Positions 1 to 13,648 of a stretch of 64,000 bases of DNA are shown here, in pieces. Source of the DNA: Tubiluchus corallicola (taxonomy: Eukaryota > Animalia > Priapulida); contig JAQGDQ010002370.1 in assembly GCA_030141605.1 (NCBI GenBank), positions 709,167 to 773,166 of the forward strand, in the 5' to 3' direction. Within the stretch, counting starts at the first letter, position 1, and every line of letters begins with the position of its first letter. The position numbers were made by a program, and so were the translations under genes. The notes beneath the pieces are model-generated. The model worked only from the letters and a program-made list of their open reading frames with translations, made no database searches and was not told where the DNA came from.

Positions 1-539
1 TGATCCTTGATAGTGATCCAAATCCCAGCCCAGTCACAGCCATCTACATTAAGTAAGGATTGAGTTGGATCCCTGTCCCGCTCCTAACGAACTGAGCAAA
101 ATACTACCCACCGACTCTCAGTTACCAGTTACTGAAGAAACCAGTTATTATAATGTTGGGCATCAGTTTACTGAGTTTGTGTAAGAAAATTATTGTTATT
201 TCATCGTTGAATTTAACTAAACATCCAGATTTTTTATATAAAACTTTTGCTGTAAAGGCAAGCAATACAAGTCAGATACAAGTAAGGTCCGTTACTAATC
301 TGTTAAGCTACCTTTTAATCCCATTATAGGCCACTTCGTTTAAATATGCTTTCTTAATCTCATTAATGGCACTATAAGACAAATTTTCTGGAGCAACAAC
401 AAGAACATATATCAGAGAATTAAACAAACAAACAATTAAACAAAACCCGCAACTTTACTGAATAACGCTGATACAGTTTCTTCGGATACAGTAAATACAA
501 CACGATTTGCGAAAGATCAAGTTCGACTCGATTTATTGT

Positions 540-800
540 AGCCGGTGACTCACTGAATTCAAGACGGCAGGTCAAAAATTTCATGGGTCAACCCGGACTT
601 TCTTCTAACATATTCGCATAAAGTCTCATGACGATCCGTCGCGAACTAGCGGAGCCTTATGCTTTTTTCGAAAATGATGTTATTTGCCGACATCTTGAAT
701 TCAAAATGGCGGATCAAAAATCCGACTTCGTCAATCGACGCAAAATTCGTTGACATATATCCACGTGAAGTATTTTAAGTGAAATGCCATTTTTTCACAC
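540..800. mobile_element. Degenerate non-autonomous interspersed repeat (possibly Helentron/Helitron-derived)
   Basis: Two diverged units containing (CATCT)TGAATTCAA(A)ATGGCGG and CATGACGATCCG motifs, typical of common invertebrate interspersed repeats; classification from recall only. Confidence 0.35.
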
Positions 801-2703
801 TCGTACATTGGAATGGTTCCATCCATTAGGGAGCCATTGTATACTGGCATCTACAAGTAGGCAGGGAGGCAACAGTTCCGTGCTCGATTCACTGGTGCAT
901 TTCCACTGGCAAGGAAGATGCTAGAAGAACATTCTGACACTTTTTAAGTCTATTATTCTGCATGTTCCTGACAATTTCTCAACTCCATCGCCGACAATTC
1001 ACTGGTGGCCAGTACGGAGGGTTGCAGTTCAAAGATTTTCCCACAAATCTGGTCCTGCAGTCTTACCACGATATTCTGACGTTCAGTATTTCAGTACGGC
1101 ACCGTTGAGTCTGCGCTAAAGATTTTTTCGTCTTCAGAGTTAAGAGTTTTAGCTACTTCGCAACAGGTACCTGCTTTTACTAGAGATACACTGAATGTTG
1201 CTCAAAAACGCCGAACAAAGTTTGTTCGAAGTGCGGGCAAACCTCAACTGCTGTATGAAAACCATGTAGCACATCATGTGGTTTCCTGGATACCGCATTT
1301 TTCTACATCTACCGACAAGTTTTCTTTATCTGCAGCCGAGGATACTGCAGATACTGTTAGACCTTCGAGCCAAAGACACAAAATTATTTCTCTCACCTTA
1401 TTACATGCGAAAGTAAACTACTCTTCAATTTTGGTACTTGAACTTGTAATCGGAAAATCCCTAATTCAAGTACAGTTTCAGTCTCGAATTTTCACACTTT
1501 TTCTTTCTTGCTTAGTTTCAAAAATTTTGTAAGCATGTGGGTTTATCCCGACACACAAACATATTAATAACAATTTAAAACCTACAGAGTGCATCTATAT
1601 AAGTATATAGCTTATCTCTTGGGTAGACGTTCGCACAAAGCTGCCAGTGACTAATAGATGAAAACTTATTTCGAATGTTCCTTATGCACATTAAGTTTTA
1701 TATTCTTGGAATCGCTTTGTCTCAAGTGAGTGATAAATGCCGCCTCTGCATCATTTCCATTCAAAACTCGCTGTAGTGTTGACCGAAAACGGCGTTCAGA
1801 CAATTTCTAGATCAATTTTCGTTTGGCATCGACTGTCGTACACTTATATTTCTGGAAAACATTTAGCGGATCGAGTTGGCGGCGACACTGCCAGATATCT
1901 TTTTGTCATATTAGACTTATTGGTTTAGACAGATCGAAACCTAATAACCAAGATGATTGCCGCTATTTCCAAATAGTTGTTTCTGCGGTCAAAATTTTAA
2001 CAAGCATTATTGTTTTTACATCGTTTGGCAGTCTGCACTGAAGGTTGTGCTAAAAATAAACGCAACCAGCCACGTACCACCTGCATAAATATGAACAAGG
2101 TGAAATAAACGCTAAATTAGGCACCCTGTGAAATATGAGTCAGCTAACCAGCTGAGATATGCCAAAAATTCTATGTAAACAATATAAGACAAATGACTAT
2201 CTCAGCTACCTAGTCTTGCTTAATGTAATAAATATATTAAAAAATAAATGCCTTTTAGTAACAATTTTTTATCATTTTTTCTCAAAAACTAACTATATTT
2301 AATGCCGAAAGCCACTGGGACAAATGTTAATTAATTGTATTAACTACATGTGGATGATGGTATTATTATCAGTTTTACCGTTGAAATGTTTCCCTGGCCA
2401 GTAAATTCATAAGGCTTTTCTACTTTGTCAATTGAGAACAGCGTCTCACTGTCAATTAATGCAGTATCTACTGTTTGTTCTGCACAAAGTGTTTATTAAT
2501 GATATTTTTAACAGGTAAAGAACATTGTTAATTGTAATACTTTGTTAGTGAAAATTTTGTTTTTACAGTTATCTGACACATTTTGATGTTGACAATTAAA
2601 AATGTTGTTAAACGCAGCATTTTTTGGTAAAAAATGTATTACTTAATACACTCTATTGGTAAGAATATTGTTATTTTAAAGCTAACAAATTCTTAACGCT
2701 GCT

Positions 2704-2760
<57 letters not shown>

Positions 2761-2801
2761 GCAACAACAACAACAACTACTAGCACTACTACTACTACTA
2801 T

Positions 2802-2896
<95 letters not shown>

Positions 2897-2897
2897 A

Positions 2898-2979
<82 letters not shown>
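2704..2979 (+). repeat. Compound trinucleotide microsatellite (ACA)n-(ACT)n-(AAT)n
   Basis: Directly visible. Confidence 0.98.
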
Positions 2980-2980
<1 letters not shown>

Positions 2981-5900
2981 TGCTCAGTACAGAAGATGAT
3001 ATTATTAAGAATAAAAAACAGAAGGCCATGTTTTTTACCCAGAATAAATCAATTGTTTAAGCGGTATATCTCTCAAAATAAGGCTGCGGCTCTTTAATGG
3101 ATACGTAAACCAGTATCTTCATGTACAATAGTGAAATGTAGTGTTAGAATTCGCAACACAAGAAAAAGAAATTGATGTATGGATCTAGAATATGTATACA
3201 ATTTCACGGAGGCTTACATAAAAAGTTTTTAAAATAAAATGACCGTGTATGATATGGGGCCCAACTGCTGGGACCCAATGTCCTAGAATCTAACAAAATA
3301 ACATGAGCAGCTCTACAACTTAACCAAAAAGGTACTTTAAACCTCAAAAATTGAATCCAAAAAGCTAAGAAGGAGGATATTTAATGAGATTGCCAGAAAC
3401 AGTAGCATTAAACGATCACTGCTAAACGATCTCCAGGCAAACCAAAGACAACTTGGATATCAGCAATTAACAAAAGTCTGTAGCAGCTGAACATAAATTT
3501 AACAGTAGATCAAAGGATTTGAGAACTTTGAAGTACTCTAACTTAGAACAGAGGCTCGTGTGAGTGAAACGGGAAGAACAATAACATTAACGCTTAGTAA
3601 TCCAAAGTAAAGAAATTTTTAAACATCTGTATTATTTTCATGTTAAAAAGTTTAATGTTATACTTTTACGGATACAGCTGACATATTTTTTTAGTAAGAA
3701 TACTGTTATAGTAAGAACTAGAACAGACGTATTCCTATTTTTTTGAAACTTTAAGAATAGCGGGGTTCAGTTGAGATTTATTTCTAAACTTTTTCTGAAA
3801 TTTGCTACAGAACTTATTCCTTGACGATTATTGACAATTTGCACCTTAATTAATATAGGCCTGGCAGGGGAAATTTTGACTATTAAGCTTATCTCTGATT
3901 CGGTTATTTTGTTTTGAGACGCACCCGCCTTCAATTGTGCCGCCGCAGTTACAACATAGATGTATCGCATAAAGTGGCTGTCGGTGCTTGACGAAAAACC
4001 AATTATCAACGCCTGTACTCGACGCTGCCTCATCTTAATTGTATCTCAATGCACTGTGGAGCATTCTCTATCGTCCTAATGTCTCTGTAGAAACAGTTTG
4101 GTGACACCAGCATCGAATAATTGATTAATACGAATAGACAATTCTGAAGACTGAACAAGCAAGATGACTCATATGTATGAGTATGCCAATTGGAAATGAC
4201 AGACCAAATGAGCCGAGAGGAAACGTAACAGCCGAATTGGAAGCCTCCGAAAATTAACAGGCAATATGCTGAAGAAAAGAATTTTTGTTAGTTTACTAAA
4301 CAGTAAACGTTAGACACAATTTAGGAAATTGCAAACTTCAAATAGTAAACAACAACGTCATTTTTCGTTGAATAAGATCGGATAACAAAAAAACACAATT
4401 TATATAAATAATTTTCTTGCAAATTAATACCATAACCGGAAACAACCAATATGCTAAGTTTTACCCAGAGAAATCCCAAGTCCTAAGGAAAATATGCTTG
4501 GCAACCGATCAACTTGCGTAAAGTATTTGCATCTTCTCCCGTGATTGCTTTGTGCTGCCATCTAGCGTTGAAATTTGTAAATGTTAAAGGGTATACTTCT
4601 CATTTAGTAGCTCCAGAAGAGATTGCTCTTTAACTGCGCTTAATTACTAAAACCATCAAATCAACATTATCGCTTTATTAGTCATTGTTGAGTAAATAGG
4701 TACTAACCGCCGGGACAATTTCCGTTAACTCTGCTGTTCCAACTTCATTTATTTATTTCAGTTCTAGTCAGTTACAGTAACAGGCAACAGTTACTACTCT
4801 ACGCTGCTTACGTTTTCTTTAAAAGTGTTATTTTGTAATCACGTACATTCAACCTAGCTAATGCAAATTTTTTTCTTAATGGCAATAGTGGCAATTACTA
4901 AAAAATCACTTTAATTAAAACAACCAAAAATGCATCACGTGTCCTACTGCCACTGCTGTTTATCATCATCAGGTGGATGAATGAAAAAAAGAGAAGTTAC
5001 TGCTAAAACTAGTTGTTTTGGGGTTTTTATATTGATTGCACCTAAAAAAACATCATAGAGGCACAAAAAATAAAACACAGGAAAACACAAAAGTAAAAAA
5101 CAGTACTACCAGCCACAATTACTATTATTCATTACCTATTAGTGAAACTAACTTAGTAGCAGTCAGGCAAACTAGAGAACGAACTTGGGATACACGAATC
5201 AAGTGGTTTCTCATAGTTATTGGTTTCTTAAAGCCTTGGCAGCGCAGTACTTGACATGAAATCTGCTTCTACCCTACATAACTCGCACTTGATGTTGGCT
5301 TTCAAACCCTTCAGAATCAGTGCCTTTATATGAAGATAAACCGACAAACACGACTAGTGTCCCATCAATACAGTGATTAGCCAACTGCTCCACTACATGA
5401 ATAAGCATGCAACGTTCACACCGAGAGACATTGTTGGTACCCATGTTCCATCTGCGGTTTAGACGCTTGACATGAAAACACGACATAATGTAGTGCATCA
5501 TCCTTTGAATTTTACTTTGAAAATTGTTTATGTGTAATTAATTTTTTTTTTAAAAATCTATTGTTTTATACTGCTAAAAGATATGTTTCTGCGCAGTATG
5601 TAAGAATTTAAAGGAAAGACAAAAGAAAAAACTTTTGTTGAATTCAAATTCAATCTTGTCAGAGCAAGAAGCCACAATGAAATGTCTTTTTTGAAATCAT
5701 GGCGACTTGTAAGATCGGGGAGAGTGTTATAAGGCTAGGCACGACTGACCCAGTTCTATTTTTCCATAATTATGATTTAGCCATGCTCGTCTTCATTCCA
5801 ATTGAACGTAGTGAATGTACGCCAATTGTGGGTCTTTAAACATCTCTCATCTAGGTGGCTTCACATTAGAAGAATGGGCGGGCACGAGCAGAAGCCATAT

Positions 5901-5990
5901 GCAAGGAGGCTATAACAAACCCAGACGACTTGACTCTTGTGCCGATAGAAACTGAACAAAATAAGACTCAGCTAAGCTACATTACCATAG

Positions 5991-6096
<106 letters not shown>

Positions 6097-6200
6097 CTCT
6101 CTTTTAATCTCTATCTTTTTTCTCCCATCTGTTTTTCTCTCGGTCTCTTCTTCTCTCCACTCAACACAAGCCTGCACACATACTAAAACGTAGTGTAACC

Positions 6201-6296
6201 TAAGTTCATCTGCAATGTTGGTGTATCTAGTGTAAGTTCATCTGCAATGTTGGTGTATCTAGTGTAAGTTCATCTGCAATGTTGGTGTATCTAGTG
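6201..6296 (+). repeat. Perfect tandem repeat, 3 x 32 bp
   Basis: TAAGTTCATCTGCAATGTTGGTGTATCTAGTG at 6201, 6233 and 6265. Confidence 0.95.
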
Positions 6297-9200
6297 AAAA
6301 TGCAAAATATGGTTTCATTTCATCATCGGAAACAATATTAATCACATGCTCATAGACAGAGGTATAAATGCCTGCAATATATTTTTTGAAATTGTAAATG
6401 AGTTCTCAAAAACATACTTGTTTATTAACGATAACTTGACCATAACCTTATAACCTGTAATGTGGAATGTATTGGCAATATAGTCAGAATTGCGCGCTTT
6501 GTTTAGTAAGTAATCAGCTATAATTTGACATTTAAATTAATTGCATAACTATTCAAAGCTGTCGTTCAGAAAATTACCATGCCTTGTTGTGCATACTACC
6601 TTGTATTCCTAGCTAATTACATGAAATACCATTTCATCGATAATTTTTCTTAATACACATTTCTGTGTCAAACACCACTTGTGATTAACAAACCTTACCT
6701 CACAATTTTGGATGTGATTAATATTGACATAGGTTATATAGTTTTTACACAGTCGTGATTTAATTTTTGTTAGGTTACCCTACAGTTAGAGGAATTTGCG
6801 TTATGTAAATATAATGTAAAATAAAAGATATTTATTTTTTTATTAATTCTCTCTCTCTTCTTGTACTCCATTTGTCTTTCTGTGATTTGCATTAAGGACG
6901 TAGTGCGGACGGACGTGATGTAGAGTTATGCAACTAATCATCCTCACCCTGAAAGCCAAAACTTTGTTATTGTAGTTCAGCAGTAACAGGACCAATATCC
7001 TATGTGAATGCTCTTTTAGTTTTAATCACTAAGATGAAAGAAGACAGTATACTTGCTTAATAATACCTCAAATGTAAGAATCCCACTGGTGATAGTGCAT
7101 TTACTAACTTTAATTCCAGTGTAGAAGATGGCATGTTTCCGGTTCTATCCCGCTTTCAAATGGTTAGTTAACCCTAATTTAATCAAATTCCATTTTCGAC
7201 GAGTCTTTGATTATAAATTTTCCAAGACTTGCACTTTATAGCAGCTGGCGCGCTTCTTGAGGTTTCCTAACGAACTCGCGGGACGAAAGAAGCCAGTCAG
7301 TAAAACCAAAAATCGAAAGAAAATCCAATTGATTATGATTTACTCTTCGCCGATGATAAGGGTGCACTCGGTAAATAATAACCACAAAATATGGATTCTT
7401 CAGCAGTAATCGATAAAAAATAAACCTCTTATGTCAACTATTATTTATTATCATACTTTCAACAAACAGACTACAAGTGAATTAGAAAAGAGGGAAAAAC
7501 ACCACACAAAGTTACCATCAGGTTAACACAATAAAGTATCTTTCGATTTACTTTTCCAGTTTTGTTAATTATCGAAAACTGGTTGTGGTGACTGTCCTTT
7601 TTAGGTATTTTAAGCTTTTCTCTAAGTTTCTGTGAGGTTTTTTTTCTGTATTTTCGGGTTGGACAGTATTTCACCATTCTCATTTAATCAATTATACGCA
7701 TCCAGCGGTGTCTATAATCCTATTTATTGGAAGTGAAAACATTAGTATTTCTTTTGCTGGGGGAACAATGTGGTTCTTATTTATTGTCACCCAAAAATGG
7801 AATATATATCTATTGTTTGGTTTTCTCTTAATAATTTCTGCTTGTCAGTTCACTGATATAGTAAGTCATCGTCTATCACAACTATGTAATTCCTTCTAGT
7901 AGCGTAGCTTGTATCATAAGAACGGCACATCGAGAAAAGTGTTTACTTTTTACCCATAAATACTATGTTTTGAAACACTTCGACTGACAGCAAACTTAAA
8001 TCCAGCACTTAATCGCAAGATCAAATTAAGGTGAACGGTTGTAGTTGTGCCGAAATCTGGATCAGCTGCAAAGCTAATGCTCAAAAATGAGACACCGCAT
8101 AGACTGAAGTATCTTAACCACGTTCGGATATAAATATGACCTCTCTACACATATTTTATATGAACTGGCAGCCTGATACTCAGAATCGGAATTTTAAATT
8201 ATAACAAATTTAAGTGAAACCTGTCACACTCATTCATTTCATGTGGTTCATTTTGGCAAACAATCCAATCTGTTTACGTCTAATTCCATGATCAAACTGT
8301 GACGAGAATACAAAACAAAACAGAAAGCACAAACAGCTGCTGTCACCAAGCATACATATCAATTACACGTGACACGGAATGCGGCTTTGCTCGCTTACAA
8401 ACAAATGCCACGTACTGACTGCGCAGTCTAAAAGCAGGTATGTTCTGGTGAAGATCCACCATTTCAATGAATAAGTTATGTTCAGTTCAGTATTTTGAAT
8501 AAGTTATGCTCAGTTCAGTATTTTATACAGTTTTTGTAAATCACTAATTGAAATTGCAAGTCATTTTTGCTGTTTTCAATTAATCTCGCCGTTGGTTCAT
8601 TTGCAAGGAAAACGTTTGGGCATGGGTGTGAAATCTGCTTATAAATGCATATAATTAACATTGACTAAAATATTGTGCCAGGTGGATCTGGAGTATTCTG
8701 CACATTTGTACCGCCCATGCATCCATGAATTTTCGAGTCTGCATGCAGATTGTTTTGAAAAACAGTCGATTTTGAACCAAAGTTTATAAATCTTTTGCAC
8801 ACGTATACACTATTGAATTGCTTTCCTTCTATATTCGGACAGCTTGTATAGATAGATGAAAAATTGTGGGCCAAACCAAATGGGACATTAACCCAGAACA
8901 TTGCACAGATCGCCACTCTATCATTTAAATTGCTGGCCCGACATTGCAGGTCACAAAGAAGCATTTACATTTGCACGCACTCACACATGCACAGCAAGGA
9001 TGAAGCCAACTGTTCAAATCTTTACAGTAGAACAAAGATACAGGTGTTCCAATCAACTTGTCAATATCAATGTCACACATTTGCAGATATTTTCCTCTTG
9101 CTGATTGAAATGTTTAGAAGGCTGTCTGGCACGTGCAACTACCGTGTTTGTAATATGAAAGGAAAGCTGAAAAGAAGCACCACATTTAATCCTATAATTA

Positions 9201-11334
9201 TATAACGGCTAAGAGAGAAAGTGTGCAATAGGCTTTCAATAACAGGCTTTCATTCATCTACTGGCCATAATATATCAGGTAAACTTGCAAAGAAAAGCAA
9301 AAATTGACGTTGATACCAAGCAACGACAAGATATAGGTTGCTGATTTAAATTTCTAGGCCGAACCACAACCCATCGCTGAAAGTGTGCTTGAACGTAAAG
9401 AGTAAGTGTTATACATGTAAATAACTGATTACTTTACTGTACTCTAAGGATGAGCAATATATCATGAAGTAAGTAATAAGACATGTAATTGTCCTGTACT
9501 AGGTTGCTGTTCTGAATGACAATGACTGATCAGGTAGTAAATCAATTTTAACAAGAAAGAGTCGCTGCGAGGGCTTACACTTCGAAATTTTCGAAATTGT
9601 TTGGTAATTTCCATTATTTTTTATTAATCACTATAAAAATTACTAATCACTATAAACATTTTCATTGTCCATACTCGTTTCGCAATCGAAGATTTCCGGC
9701 CATACGTGGAAAAGAAAGATTAAAATTCAACATTACAGGTGTATAGCACCAGTGTATATCGTTGTCGTGACTAGGTACATTTTCCAAGGCAACTGTCTTT
9801 GCACCACAAATTATTTTAGCTCCAATATGAAAAAAGATACATTTGGTAAAGATATATAAAAATCTCATTACGTGTGAGTCGTTTTTTCGAAACTTTTACA
9901 CTATTTAAGTCCTTTGCTAAGGTTGTTTTCTAGGGTGACTAAGCACTGACACCAAATAAAAAATCCCATTGTGTTAACTAAAGTAAGCAACCAAGGTCTA
10001 CAATATTAAACTAATTTAGCAACTCGAAATGCTAATTAACTATTTTCGAGAACTGACGCACGGGAACTTGAACACCATCATTTTCTTGGGTTTGTTTATA
10101 CAGCTAAGAAGCCATCGACTTAAAATAAACAGGAACGTCCACTTGTAATTTTCAGGGATCCGCCCAGATCGCAAAGCTGCACTCAGAGTATGTTTAAATT
10201 TGCATTGAGTACTCAGTGACTGATGAAATTTTAATGGGATTTTCACATGCGGTATTAAATGAGCGATGTTCAGGCATCCCTCAATGGCTTGGGGATGTGT
10301 TTACATTACTCGCCGCTGAATCCCTACAATGCAGCGGTTTCCTCTACACGAAGCTGAAGCTATACATATAAGATTGTGATGGAGATGACATAAACTCATT
10401 CGCGCGACGAAAAGTGACGCGCTGTGACGGGCGGCGAAGTTGCGCACACATCTCATCAACTAGTACATGAAAATTGCGGAATTTTTTACCAGAGTGACGG
10501 TTTCTTCTTACATTAAACCAATTGTGTAAAACTGGCAGTCATTGTTATTCTTGCAGCATTCTATTAAGCAGCAAATGAGGTTAGGTTCACACGCTCCAGT
10601 ACGCCAGTGAAAATATTTACTTTACTAATAATTTAAGCATCCACTAACTCTGTTTCGTCTACAGAGTGAATTTATCACTTCGTTTGCCTGTCATTCTATA
10701 CCAAAAATGACACTGCACCGAAGGCATTTGGTTACAGTTTAAAACTTCACTGCTGTTAGTAACTTTTTTAGGTTGCACGGTACGTGGAAAATGCGAGCAT
10801 GAATCACAGGTGAGTTAAATGATGATGGATGTAGATTTAGGTTTAGATTTAATTATTCATCCTTTTAGCAGAAATACAAAAATAAAAGTTATAAAATTAC
10901 AATTAAACAGTGCATTACAACGCTATGAGCGCAGCAGAAGAATTTAACTTATGAGCTATGCTCAACGTGGATAAGACTAAATTAATGGCATAAACAACAA
11001 CAACAAAATACGTTAAATGGAGCAAATATAGAGGTCCCTGGATAGAGTTATGATGGGATAGGCGACAACGGCGACATCAGACAATGTGTACTCATTATTA
11101 GCAGTTACTATCTGACCTGTATTTTTCTGGTATTGCTCTTACTTGCAGTAAATTTTATTTATGATAATAACAATAATAACCTCTATTTAAAGTCGGCTTT
11201 CATGTTAAACAGTTAACGTAAATTAAAAAGCTTTTTGCCTACTGCAAATAAACTGCAGTTACATAACAAAGATTATTACTACCCCACTTTTACCCTATAT
11301 ACCACACGACAGGCAACGCAAAAGAATACACCAC

Positions 11335-11420
11335 TTTTAAAAATCGTTGGTATGACCCGGTATCGTACTTGGAACTTCACAGATGGAAAACAGACGCATT
11401 ATACATTAGGCTGTTCCGTC
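11335..11420 (-). mobile_element. Degenerate tRNA-derived SINE head fragment
   Basis: TTGGTATGACCCGGTATCG.. resembles the reverse complement of the B-box region of a SINE head. Confidence 0.3.
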
Positions 11421-13312
11421 TGGTCACATTTCCTAATGTGCCATTTGAAGTGATTTGAAGTAACCTGTAACCATTTTTGAGAACTTATTCATCGAAATTA
11501 ATACACTTTCTCATTACTGATTACGGGTTGCTCCACTGAAGGTTGCATACGGCAAAGTAACAAAATTGTTGGCTTTTTAAACTGTAACTAAAATTGCAGT
11601 TTAAAATGGCGACTATTTTACTACACAAAATGAAAACACAGAATACGAAGCTAACAATAAACTAAATTATATGTATAGTCATTCGAAAGAACTTATAAAG
11701 TAAGTTTCAGTCACTGCTCCTCAGTTATCACTGGAGCTTATTGAGCAAATGCATAGCAAAAACTTGAAAACGTATCAGCCCTCAATAAAAAAACAGATGT
11801 TAAGCAGATCACACAGTAGCATAAAAAGTCAAAACATAAAACATAACACAACAAACAGAAAATAAGCAGATAAACAGCACAGCATAGTAAAAGCATAACA
11901 ATCCAGTGCCTACCGGCTTACAGTTTTTACTTCTAAAGCAATTGGACTCAAGGTTATTTTGTTATTTTACTGGTTCGTCTAAGGTACAGCCATTCTGCAT
12001 CATTACTCGAAAAATCTGAGTTTTTTAAGAAGTTGATGTAGTGCAGGATTAATACCTTAATATATTTCAATTTACGTAGTTTACCAAAGATTTATACAAA
12101 CCTTGCAGACTGAAATAAATATTATTACTGTAATTTCACTATAAGTTTTTGATGCTTCATCAACAGCCAGGACAACTGTAAATAGGCTTGCCTGCGGTTT
12201 CATGGACTGCAATATGTGCAAAATGTTGTTATAATAAATACTTATTTAAACCAACGGTAGAGTCTCCTTTGTTACCTTAGTGTAGCTAGAATGAAATTGT
12301 AAATTTAATTTAGTGTTGTTGTAAGATCTACATTTCATTCCTAGCTGTAAAATAAAACGATAAACACGAGCATTAAAGCGTTGTGACAAATGGTGATTAT
12401 TGCGCTTGCAGCATAATGAACAACGGTTACAAATTGGAACAAACGATCGCATTTCAAGTTAGTACGTCATAAATAGTACATCATTACTAACTGTAAACAA
12501 ACCACATTTTTAATCTAGCACATGATTCTTAATGATTTCTTAATGACACACATTTGATGATTCTTAATTTTTCATCAAACTAGCAGTTTACGTTATAGGT
12601 TCACGTATCTCCAAACCTGTGCACAAATAGTGGGAAAACAAGCATATGCAAGGTGCTAATAAAAGAGTAATTGGTTAATACTTAATTGGATAAAACAATT
12701 GGCTCCATTACAATCCAGAGATAAGGCTTAGAGTTTTAGACTTCTATACATGAACAATTGACAAGTTAATTTGTAAACATAACACTTAGGAAAGAAGTTT
12801 AATTTCCTGTAACATTGAGCCAACTATGCAAAATCAGTAAACAGGTTAATTCAACAATGCTTTAGATTATTCTACTACAGCCTGTTATAGTGTTCACATT
12901 TGCAGTACGTTCTTAGTTATCGCAAAAATTATACTGTTAATTACGATCGCAATACCGTTTCCTTTGTGCTGGATACTGGTCGTTATATATCTTAGACCAC
13001 TAACGTTAGCTGAAACATGACACTACGAACTGATTTATTAAAATGGCCAACAGAACATAACACATAATTCTGGTACATCGTTTTTTTCGAAGTAAACAAA
13101 GGCTTAGCTTACACCTACTCCTACTGTTGAATCTGATAAGCTATTCTTTAAAATGAAAAACGCAATTCCAAAACATTTGAGCCTCAAGAATCACATTCCC
13201 AGAACATTTCAGCGCATACCCCATTCCAAAATATTATGCAGTGCTTATTGTGGACGGATCCTACGCATTATGAATTAGTTATACTTCTGTCTATATATTT
13301 CTATAATAATAT

Positions 13313-13648
13313 TGTTACGCAGACACCTGTGTCGGTTCAGGCATAGGGCTTTCTGCACGTCCTGCTTCCACCTCAGTAGCGACTCACCCCTTCCTTATAG
13401 ATCCAGACGTCTTGTTTGGACAACACGAGGCGTGAAAAGCCAGCTGACGTATAAAAGCGTGTAGAGGTCACCACAGCCTTGATTTCTGACACAGGTGCAC
13501 CTAGTATCTGAGATCTGTTACTCAACTTACTTAGTTTTTTGAGTATTTCTTCTTTTTTTCTGTTATTAGTGCAGGCAATAAAAATTGTCACAGTGTTAAT
13601 CTAGTGTTTTATTTTGTGTCTTTTGTGTGTGGTAGATGACTTGTTACA
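13313..13648 (+). mobile_element. Possible solo LTR
   Basis: Starts TGTTAC and ends GTTACA; TATAAAA near 13450 and AATAAA near 13577 in U3-R order; no clear TSD. Confidence 0.4.

Noticed and set aside
1270-1345. Minus-strand KENLSVDVEKCGIQET as an APE N-terminal remnant
   Set aside because: Too short, and not supported by further APE motifs in order.
2682-3029. 115-aa poly-Leu/poly-Val ORF
   Set aside because: Translation of a trinucleotide microsatellite.
6201-6296. 3 x 32-bp repeats as a CRISPR array
   Set aside because: Units are head-to-tail with no spacers; eukaryotic context; no cas genes.
8864-9205. ORF with a hint of a hAT dimerisation domain (KLKRST)
   Set aside because: The core ERxFS motif is absent.
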